Shown: positions 55,304 to 62,515 of the stretch, piece by piece
Position numbering within the stretch: the stretch's first letter is position 1
Layout: each line of letters begins with the position of its first letter
IMG/VR virus record: IMGVR_UViG_3300047469_000103
Coordinates: 236,332 to 300,331 of that record
Strand: one strand, 5' to 3'
Source of the DNA: a virus
Lineage: Duplodnaviria; Caudoviricetes
Length of the DNA stretch: 64,000 nucleotides
Made by a program: the position numbers and the translations under genes
Notes under the pieces: generated by a model
What the model saw: only the letters and a program-made list of their open reading frames with translations
Databases searched by the model: none
What the model was told of the DNA's origin: nothing

Positions 55304-55949
55304 TCTTTTCAGTTGTGGTTGCCACGTCGAGGGAGATATCCCAACCCTGAGCCGCTGCGAAGAGCATAACGGTTTTGTCGTGGTTTGCCACAATCAAAAT
55401 GTTCAAGAACGTTCGTTTAAAAGCGAGCGCGGAACTGTGTGGCAAGGCACCTTGCTGCATAACCTCCGACGTTTAAAGGATGAACAGTTCTCGTACATTT
55501 TCGCGTATCCAGAACACCACGTTATGGCTGCGATGAAATGGATTACTCCGAAGGCTTGGCGCGATACACAGATGGAAATGATGTACCACCTGAAACGGGT
55601 TTTGAAACCGGGCGGGTATATTTCCATCATCGTCGATCCTGACGTTTCTAACACCGTCGTTTATCAGGCTGCAAAACTCAAACTGAAAATCGACGTGCGA
55701 CCGTTTACGTTTGAGTATTTCGAGAAAGAGCCGTACAGCACTTGCTCGTTTGCTTACGCGGATGCAAAGGCCCATTACATTTTGTACAAGGGCTATCGTG
55801 AAAAGATTCCGCAGTCCGGTTCTGCTGTGCTGGATATTTCCGGCATCAAATTGCAGCACACTGAGAAGCGGAAAAAGGATAACAAAATGCTCGTGCTTAC
55901 TGGGCACGCTCGGCAATTCGAAATCGTCAAAAATCTTCTAGGAGGTTGA
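55278..55949 (+). CDS. degenerate amino-DNA-methyltransferase-like protein
   Basis: WQGTLLHNLRRLKDEQFSYIFAYPEH...LKRVLKPGGY aligns with the beta-class N4/N6 MTase N-terminus, but DPPY is replaced and no FxGxG is present. Confidence 0.55.
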   Translation: MSRLDTMISLFSCGCHVEGDIPTLSRCEEHNGFVVVCHNQNVQERSFKSERGTVWQGTLLHNLRRLKDEQFSYIFAYPEHHVMAAMKWITPKAWRDTQMEMMYHLKRVLKPGGYISIIVDPDVSNTVVYQAAKLKLKIDVRPFTFEYFEKEPYSTCSFAYADAKAHYILYKGYREKIPQSGSAVLDISGIKLQHTEKRKKDNKMLVLTGHARQFEIVKNLLGG

Positions 55950-55953
55950 CGCG

Positions 55954-56616
55954 ATGGCGGTCAAGACTAAGAAGATCAAAGTCCAATCTGTAAAAACAAA
56001 ACGCATTGTTACGAAGCCGAAAAAGACAGCGGCGAAACGTGACGCGGAAAAGATTACAAAGCGGAAACGCACAAGTACAGCGGCCCCGGTGCGAAGCGCT
56101 GGTGTGGTCAAGGTACGCGGTATCCCGTACAAGCTGCGCAAGTTCGAAAACCTTGGCGCACGTGCATTGCCCGAAACGTATTTCACTCGCGAAGGGCAAA
56201 GCCTCAAACAGTTGATCCGAAACACTCCGCGAATTTTCGTAAACAACGCGGTTGATGTTGAAGCACACAAATACAAACGGATGTTCACGAAGGCTGGAAA
56301 GCCTGCCGTCAAAGGCATCATGTGGACAAACGATCCTTTCCGTCCGCTGAAGGTTCGTCGCTATCACGAAACCTACATCGTCGGTCTGGATAAAGGCGGT
56401 GAAAATAAACCGCTTTATAAACACAAGCGCGTAATTGCACAGTGTACCTGTGAAGCGTACATCTACAACTTCGAATATGCGAACGCACGATGGGGCGCGG
56501 CGTATTTGATTTATTCCAATGGCGAGCCGCCAGCGTGGACTAACCCGGCGATGGTAACGGGCCTATGCAAACATTTGATTGCGCTCGCGAAAATCTGCAT
56601 TGAGGAAAACCTATGA
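55954..56616 (+). CDS. SWIM-type zinc-finger protein with Lys-rich N-terminus
   Basis: CTCE...LCKHL (CxC-Xn-CxH). Confidence 0.7.
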   Translation: MAVKTKKIKVQSVKTKRIVTKPKKTAAKRDAEKITKRKRTSTAAPVRSAGVVKVRGIPYKLRKFENLGARALPETYFTREGQSLKQLIRNTPRIFVNNAVDVEAHKYKRMFTKAGKPAVKGIMWTNDPFRPLKVRRYHETYIVGLDKGGENKPLYKHKRVIAQCTCEAYIYNFEYANARWGAAYLIYSNGEPPAWTNPAMVTGLCKHLIALAKICIEENL

Positions 56617-57026
56617 CCTACGAATTAGACAGGCACGTTGGAGATTTCCGCGCTGTCAAATTTCTGTGCGATGACGGTGAATTTCCACCGATGACGGTTG
56701 AACTGTTCCAACGCATACGCAATGTGGGAAAAGCTGATATTTTCGTGGTCGGCCCAAAGATCGCAGAGCATTTCTATCACACGCTGGGCAAATGGTATTT
56801 CGATAGAAACGGTTCTACGCCGTTCACGGATTACTTTGATCTGCATGCGTCTGCTTCTGATAAAGAACGTGGTTATTTGGGAATGTTGCTGGGCCTTGAT
56901 ATCGTGACCAGACCAGACCTCGACCCGTTCTTAGTTGCTGGTGTAGAATTAAAACTGCCGCCCGTTTGGACTGCGTGCCACGTCACGCTTGATTCCGCAT
57001 CAAAAAGAATTGAGGAAAATCTGTGA
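56613..57026 (+). CDS. hypothetical protein
   Basis: 137-aa ORF. Confidence 0.7.
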   Translation: MTYELDRHVGDFRAVKFLCDDGEFPPMTVELFQRIRNVGKADIFVVGPKIAEHFYHTLGKWYFDRNGSTPFTDYFDLHASASDKERGYLGMLLGLDIVTRPDLDPFLVAGVELKLPPVWTACHVTLDSASKRIEENL

Positions 57027-57733
57027 TTAATCTTGACCTGCTTAATCTGACTACGCCGGAACCGAAACCGGGCACCAGCGTAAACATGATTTACGCACCC
57101 GGTACATTCCCGCAAAACGAATTCTTTTCTGTGCTGGCAAATGGCGACCTGAAACTGTGGGCACCAACGAAAGGCGTATCGTCGAAATCGACCAGCCGCA
57201 CACGCACTGAATTGCGCGAATGTTTGGCGAATGGCGCAGTTTACAACTGGCAGTATCCAGACCAGCCGCACCACTGGCTGCGCGTAGCAATGACCGTGCT
57301 GCAAGTTCCGAAAAAAGGTGAAACTGTTGTCGGTCAAATCCACGTAAACGGAAACACGCGACCACCTGTAAAACTTTCGTTCGATAAAGCGGCTGACGGT
57401 GTAGGTCAATTGACTGTTGGTTTCCGTGAAGTTTTCGATCAGGTTAATCCTGTCGATTTCGTGTTGATGAATAACATCCCGGTCGGTACGCGATTCACTT
57501 TCAACATTCATGTCACGGCATCCGGCGCGGTTTTGTTTTCGTCGAGTTTCACCGATGCGAACGGGCAAAAACAAACGGGTAATCTCACTTTGCAATTCGA
57601 TGCAAGTTGGGCGGATCAAGGGATTTATTTCAAGGCCGGTGTTTACAATCAGGAAGACCCGACCACGGAAACCCTAGCAACCGAAGGCAGCGCCGCGCTG
57701 TTCCACAAACTGGAAATCACTCACGGAATTTAA
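57023..57733 (+). CDS. polysaccharide lyase family 7 (alginate lyase)
   Basis: All three PL7 motifs: RTELRE, QIH, YFKAGVYNQ. Confidence 0.9.
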   Translation: MINLDLLNLTTPEPKPGTSVNMIYAPGTFPQNEFFSVLANGDLKLWAPTKGVSSKSTSRTRTELRECLANGAVYNWQYPDQPHHWLRVAMTVLQVPKKGETVVGQIHVNGNTRPPVKLSFDKAADGVGQLTVGFREVFDQVNPVDFVLMNNIPVGTRFTFNIHVTASGAVLFSSSFTDANGQKQTGNLTLQFDASWADQGIYFKAGVYNQEDPTTETLATEGSAALFHKLEITHGI

Positions 57734-57736
57734 ATC

Positions 57737-58018
57737 ATGACGTACACAGTGTTGACTGAGAAACAAAAGCTGGCTGCACTGGCGTTGCGTTTCTATCAGA
57801 ATTTCCAGTGGGCACCAATCGCCGGTGACTACTACACAACTTCGCGAAACGATCTTGAACTTTATCAAATTGTTGAAGAAGACGAAACGCATTACCACAC
57901 CTCGTACCTGCCGTTAGGTGGCGCGACTGCCAAGTGGCCGAAATCGGAATTCACCACGCAAGGTTTCGGCGTGCATCGTGTATTTGTTCCACCATTCGTT
58001 CTGGAAGGCCGCATATGA
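57737..58018 (+). CDS. hypothetical protein
   Basis: 93-aa ORF. Confidence 0.7.
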   Translation: MTYTVLTEKQKLAALALRFYQNFQWAPIAGDYYTTSRNDLELYQIVEEDETHYHTSYLPLGGATAKWPKSEFTTQGFGVHRVFVPPFVLEGRI

Positions 58019-58347
58019 CCAGCCGATTGTTTCAACGCATTATCCGCGCTCGTGACGCCTCGTTTAAATTCGACCGCAACAGATTCAACGCACTGAATCA
58101 GGTTTTGATGGCTGCGAAAATGGAAGCCGGTGACGCACGCATGTCGTCGCTGACTGACGAACAATTTTACGCAATCATTCGCCAGCATATCGGCGTATAC
58201 AGTGATCGAATTCGTTGGTTGAATAATCCACCCGAAGGCTCCGGCTCTTACGGTGAATTCGTAGACATGCAACAGCGCGTTTACGCCATCGAAGTTTATC
58301 TGCCACTGGAGAACGAAATTGAATTATCGCCATTGCAGGAAATGTAA
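58015..58347 (+). CDS. hypothetical protein
   Basis: Start MTSRLF by ATGA overlap. Confidence 0.65.
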   Translation: MTSRLFQRIIRARDASFKFDRNRFNALNQVLMAAKMEAGDARMSSLTDEQFYAIIRQHIGVYSDRIRWLNNPPEGSGSYGEFVDMQQRVYAIEVYLPLENEIELSPLQEM

Positions 58348-58717
58348 TTCGCCGCGCATGACTGATATGTGCGCACGCTGCAACGAACCGACACACGAGC
58401 CGCATCCTGAATGGGATTGGCCGAAATTGCCGCCAGTAGATTTAATCCGCAAGCTGGCGCACGAAGTTGGTTACGCAATCGGTGAACATGGTTCGAAAGA
58501 ACGTGACTTGGACGTGATCGCCGCACCGTGGACAAACGACGCGGTAAATTGTGATGTTTTGCTTTCACATCTTGCGCGTGGATTGGACGCACGGATTGTT
58601 GACGAAGAGCAGAAACCACACGGGCGAATTGCAGCGACCCTTCAAATGAACGGCTGGTATCGCCACATTGATATTTCGGTCTATCCAATCATCGAACTGG
58701 AGGATGAAAATGTTTAG
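58319..58717 (+). CDS. conserved phage protein, Zn-ribbon + nucleotidyltransferase-like motif
   Basis: CRKC...CARC; GYAIGEHGSKERDLDVIAAPW. Confidence 0.6.
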   Translation: MNYRHCRKCNSPRMTDMCARCNEPTHEPHPEWDWPKLPPVDLIRKLAHEVGYAIGEHGSKERDLDVIAAPWTNDAVNCDVLLSHLARGLDARIVDEEQKPHGRIAATLQMNGWYRHIDISVYPIIELEDENV

Positions 58718-59042
58718 CATCGACGTAAAACAACTGGAAAAAATGAACGGCATGATTCCGCAAGACACAGTACGCGCTGTGTTGGAATCTCTCGACCTGA
58801 AAGTCTGGTTCCTTGCGCCCGGTGCAATCGCAATCGTCGATAACAATTTCGTGCCGGAAGAATCGTATATCTCCGGTCTGCACCCAACCCCGGAACAAGC
58901 GTTCGCAGAAGCACTGGAGAAAGTGCAATCTGTAAAGGGTGAAAGTAATTCCGCTTCGGTTCGCTGCGCTGTTGTGTTTCGCGACCGTATCGAAGGCGAC
59001 TGGTTTGCTACCATCACACTTGCAATGTACAAAAAGGATTAA
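58710..59042 (+). CDS. hypothetical protein
   Basis: Start MFSID 6 nt after GGAGG. Confidence 0.7.
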   Translation: MFSIDVKQLEKMNGMIPQDTVRAVLESLDLKVWFLAPGAIAIVDNNFVPEESYISGLHPTPEQAFAEALEKVQSVKGESNSASVRCAVVFRDRIEGDWFATITLAMYKKD

Positions 59043-59045
59043 GAA

Positions 59046-59477
59046 ATGTCCGTTATTGATCGTATCACGGCTGACCGCGCAATCGCACGTCAGGACAAAG
59101 ACACAAACACTTACCAGATTCTGACGCAGATTCTCGGCAATTACCAAACCGGCGCCACGCTGAAAAAACCACGAGTTGGTGACAGCGCAATGATCGCCTG
59201 CGTTCGCGAAATCACAAACGCGAATAACGAAACCATCGCCCTGCTGATGAAAGCCAATACCGAAGGCCAGCACCAGCCAAAAATTGACGACCTCTACAAG
59301 CAGACGGTAATGCTTATGCAATACCTGCCTAAGCTGCTGACTGAAACCGAATTGGCGGATATTCTGGCCGCTGGTGAGTACGCAAACATCGGTGCTTTCC
59401 AAAAGTTTCTGCGTGAAAATCACACCGATTGTTTCCAACCGGGCGTAGCGGCTGCTGTGTTCAACGCGGCTAAATAA
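59046..59477 (+). CDS. GatB/YqeY-domain protein
   Basis: Helical pattern ...ARQDKD...L...E...LMQYLPKLLTETEL...IGAFQKFL typical of YqeY. Confidence 0.75.
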   Translation: MSVIDRITADRAIARQDKDTNTYQILTQILGNYQTGATLKKPRVGDSAMIACVREITNANNETIALLMKANTEGQHQPKIDDLYKQTVMLMQYLPKLLTETELADILAAGEYANIGAFQKFLRENHTDCFQPGVAAAVFNAAK

Positions 59478-59480
59478 ACG

Positions 59481-59687
59481 TTGAGCGTAACACGTCCAAA
59501 AACCACTCCTTGCATCGGTAAATGTTCGCACAATGTTGGCGACGATATCTGCAAGGGGTGCAAAAGAACAATTGCAGAAGTTCGAGATTGGAATCGCTTA
59601 ACCACCGAACAGAAAATGCAGAAGATTGAAGAACTGAAGGTGCGCGACTTAAACGTGTTCGTGATACCAGTTCAAATTTACGACTGA
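59481..59687 (+). CDS. DUF1289-family Cys-rich protein
   Basis: TPCIGKCS...ICKGCKRTIAEVRDW. Confidence 0.8.
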   Translation: MSVTRPKTTPCIGKCSHNVGDDICKGCKRTIAEVRDWNRLTTEQKMQKIEELKVRDLNVFVIPVQIYD

Positions 59688-59696
59688 GGATTAATC

Positions 59697-59774
59697 ATGC
59701 TCTGTGTCCGCTGCTACGAACAATCATACCACTGCACCTGTGGCCGTTATATTTTTATCGGGAAAACAAAATGA
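59697..59774 (+). CDS. 25-aa Cys-rich microprotein, absent from ORF track
   Basis: MLCVRCYEQSYHCTCGRYIFIGKTK; GAGGA RBS; ATGA overlap with the next gene. Confidence 0.55.
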   Translation: MLCVRCYEQSYHCTCGRYIFIGKTK

Positions 59775-60277
59775 CAACTCGCGTTCTGACTGACGAAGAA
59801 ATCCAGCAACGAATCGACGGCAAAGTAACCATCGTGCAGCAAGGTCGAATCCCGATGCACGAAGGTGTGCAACTGTTCGAAAAAGAATATATCGGCAAAG
59901 CAAAAAGCAGCGCCGACGCCGCACTCGCGTTGGCTGTATCCGCTTTCGAAGACGACCGCCGTGGCGAACGTGCGTATGTTCGCAGTATCGTTTTGATGGG
60001 CGTAGATTTCGAACACGTTTGCGTTCTGACTGCTGCGCTGCGTCCGGCTCCGATGACCTACAGCCAAGCGCTGGAAAAACTCAAAGATAAACAACGTCTT
60101 GCTCGCGCTGGCTGGAACGGTGCAGGCCAGTACGTTTATTTGGTCGAAGGTTTGCGTCATGGTGAAATCGAATTCGAACCTGTCTTTGTAATTCGTAACG
60201 CGCAAGGCAAACACCAACCGGGCTGGCTGGCATCTATGGGCGACCAGATGGCCGGGGATTGGGAAATCGTTAATTAA
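59771..60277 (+). CDS. tad2: DUF2829/Tad2 (Thoeris anti-defence 2)-family protein with N-terminal extension
   Basis: MTYSQALEKLK...ARAGWNGAGQYVYL...GWLASMGDQMAGDWEIV is the DUF2829 signature. Confidence 0.75.
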   Translation: MTTRVLTDEEIQQRIDGKVTIVQQGRIPMHEGVQLFEKEYIGKAKSSADAALALAVSAFEDDRRGERAYVRSIVLMGVDFEHVCVLTAALRPAPMTYSQALEKLKDKQRLARAGWNGAGQYVYLVEGLRHGEIEFEPVFVIRNAQGKHQPGWLASMGDQMAGDWEIVN

Positions 60278-60283
60278 TCGAAT

Positions 60284-61312
60284 TTGATGGAGGGAAGAAT
60301 GTCTGCTGATAAAAACATGACCGGGGAACAGATTCAGCAGATTATGGATATGTTTCTGTACAAGGCTCTAGAACCGCTGATTCTTTTCACGAATATTTTC
60401 GATGCGCAGATTGAATATTTGCTCGTGCTGATCGCAACCAACCGGAAGCGCAAACTCAGTTCCCTTGACCGGGGAGTGGTCGTGGAAAAACTCGCGGCTT
60501 ATCTCTCCGTTTCTGATCGTCGGCAGAAATTCGAATTCATCCGTGAAGCGCGACTAGAGCGGTACTTTATCCATCGGTTCATCAACGAATTCCTGTCGGA
60601 TAACATGGACTACATTGAGAAATATAAAAAGTTTCTCACTGATCCGTCGCGTCCGGCACAAGTTGAGCTAGATCGCATCGCCACGCAAGTCGGGCATTGC
60701 AGTCGCGCAGACCTATACAAAACTCTGAAACTTGCGAACGCATATCTCGGACGTTTTTATTCGTACCGTAACACCGTGATCGGCCACTACATCAAAAACA
60801 GTAACAAGCTGGCGAAGGCGCACGTCACCAACACGCACAGCAATTCCAGTTACAAAGATTTGGTGCAGTCGATTCTAAAATCCATCATCACGGCGCTGGA
60901 TAAATACGACAGTCGAAAAGGTGCGCTCACTTCTTACATCCAGACATGGGCGAAGAACGCGACCACGACGACGAAAGAACACGAATACGGAATTGCATAC
61001 ACGATTCCACAAACCCAACGGAAGAAACTTTTCGAAGGGAAAAGCACCGAGGTGAATTACGGCGTAAGTCTTGATGCTTTATTTGGCGATGACGACGAAG
61101 ACGGCAGCATGGCGATGCACAGCATTGTTAGCCAGAATCCAGAACTCGATTACGACATTGAAAAGCAACAGGGCGTCACGCTTGTGCAACGTCTCGCGAA
61201 GAAAGTAGACCCGCTGGGGATCGCCCGCTTGAGTTTGGAAATTGGTGAATATTTCTCTCCTTACGAAAAGCTGGTAATGCGTAATCAAATGGCGGAAGAA
61301 GGGCTGCTTTAA
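60284..61312 (+). CDS. phage sigma70-like factor
   Basis: Region-2-like DLVQSILKSIITALDKYDSRKGALTSYIQTWAKNA; region-3-like VSLD. Confidence 0.75.
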   Translation: MMEGRMSADKNMTGEQIQQIMDMFLYKALEPLILFTNIFDAQIEYLLVLIATNRKRKLSSLDRGVVVEKLAAYLSVSDRRQKFEFIREARLERYFIHRFINEFLSDNMDYIEKYKKFLTDPSRPAQVELDRIATQVGHCSRADLYKTLKLANAYLGRFYSYRNTVIGHYIKNSNKLAKAHVTNTHSNSSYKDLVQSILKSIITALDKYDSRKGALTSYIQTWAKNATTTTKEHEYGIAYTIPQTQRKKLFEGKSTEVNYGVSLDALFGDDDEDGSMAMHSIVSQNPELDYDIEKQQGVTLVQRLAKKVDPLGIARLSLEIGEYFSPYEKLVMRNQMAEEGLL

Positions 61313-61366
61313 AAACTGTAAAGAACCTACATAGAAACGATGGGCCTTTACCCACGCTTCTAACTG

Positions 61367-61488
61367 TTAGGTTTGTCTGGTAATGCGGCCTCGCCCTCAA
61401 GGCTAAACGGTGTACTGCTTGCAACGCATCCCCCGCGCATCCTCACGCGGTTTTGTTTAGCGAGTACACGACCAGATGAACCGCCTAA
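61367..61488 (+). ncRNA. candidate pseudoknotted ncRNA / ribozyme-like element
   Basis: 11-bp closing stem plus crossing 7-bp helices; 45 nt downstream of ACTGTAAA at 61315. Confidence 0.5.
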
Positions 61489-61505
61489 TTAAAAGTGAGA
61501 AATTC

Positions 61506-61673
61506 ATGACGCAATCAAATGTTGCCGTGGTAGATTTCAAACAGCCTCGCGATGCGGATGGAAATATTATCCTGCACCCGAGCGTGAAAGAGCTTGCAAA
61601 GCAAATCGAAGATAAAGCCTACAGTGACGCGCTTGCAAAAGTCATTGCTAAAGCAGAAGAATCGAACTGGTAA
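61506..61673 (+). CDS. small hypothetical protein
   Basis: Start MTQSNV after GTGAG. Confidence 0.65.
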   Translation: MTQSNVAVVDFKQPRDADGNIILHPSVKELAKQIEDKAYSDALAKVIAKAEESNW

Positions 61674-61706
61674 AATAAACCGGTCAAACACATATGGAGA
61701 TTGGCA

Positions 61707-62384
61707 ATGAGTGAAAGCAAAGAAAGCAATTTGATTTCGCACGCTCGCCGGGAACTCGCAATTCTGGAAGCGCAAGCCGCTGCGGATACCGAAGACCCGG
61801 CTGGCTGTCTGGAAATGCAACAGCACATGACTGCGGATGTTCTCAAGGTTCTGGAAGCAATCAACACGACCGGCCAATCTGGCGGAAGCATCGGTTATTT
61901 TCTGAATCTTGTTCGTCGTCTGGCTTTGCAACAAAACGTGGCGCCTTTGATTGGTGATGATGCCGAATGGTTTTATCACGGTAAAGAAATGGGTGACATG
62001 TACCAGAACAAACGCAACGGTGCAGTCTTCAAAGATGCCACCGATGGCCGCGCCTATTACCTCGACGGTTATGTGACTGTCGATCCTAACGGTTGCAGTT
62101 ATACCGGTGGCAATGGTGGTCGCTGCTACATTGAATTTCCGTACACGCCGGAAACGCATTACATTCCGCGCATGGAACTGCTTGAAAACGATCCAGATTT
62201 TCCACACTGGAGTCGTCCTGCTTTGGTCACAGAAAATTATCTGTTCGATACGAAGCAAGCGGTTTTGGATTTCTATGCAACGCACGGAATTACCCAACCT
62301 GAAGACGCGGACGAAGATCGCGCCGAGCCACTGGCCCGTGCGATTGCAAATCCTGATGATGCACCTGTGCGAGAAGCGGAATAA
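61707..62384 (+). CDS. conserved phage hypothetical protein
   Basis: SNLISHARREL...GQSGGS...PLIGDDAEW...YQNKR...VFKD pattern recurrent in phages (from memory). Confidence 0.75.
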   Translation: MSESKESNLISHARRELAILEAQAAADTEDPAGCLEMQQHMTADVLKVLEAINTTGQSGGSIGYFLNLVRRLALQQNVAPLIGDDAEWFYHGKEMGDMYQNKRNGAVFKDATDGRAYYLDGYVTVDPNGCSYTGGNGGRCYIEFPYTPETHYIPRMELLENDPDFPHWSRPALVTENYLFDTKQAVLDFYATHGITQPEDADEDRAEPLARAIANPDDAPVREAE

Positions 62385-62515
62385 TGAGTTGGTTTCCCTG
62401 CTTGGTTTTGCTCGTTGACTCCGACGAAACACTGATCGCAAAAACTGTAAACGATATACCGAATGGTGCAACCTTTCGCGTATTGAAAAAACGAATTAAC
62501 GAGGAAAATTCATGA
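62384..62515 (+). CDS. 43-aa microprotein, absent from ORF track
   Basis: MSWFPCLVLLVDSDETLIAKTVNDIPNGATFRVLKKRINEENS; TAATG overlap upstream and ATGA overlap downstream. Confidence 0.55.
   Translation: MSWFPCLVLLVDSDETLIAKTVNDIPNGATFRVLKKRINEENS

Noticed and set aside
61376-61476. Canonical twister or HDV ribozyme call
   Set aside because: The helix order does not match HDV, and the twister P2/L4 consensus is not met. It is kept only as an unclassified candidate RNA.
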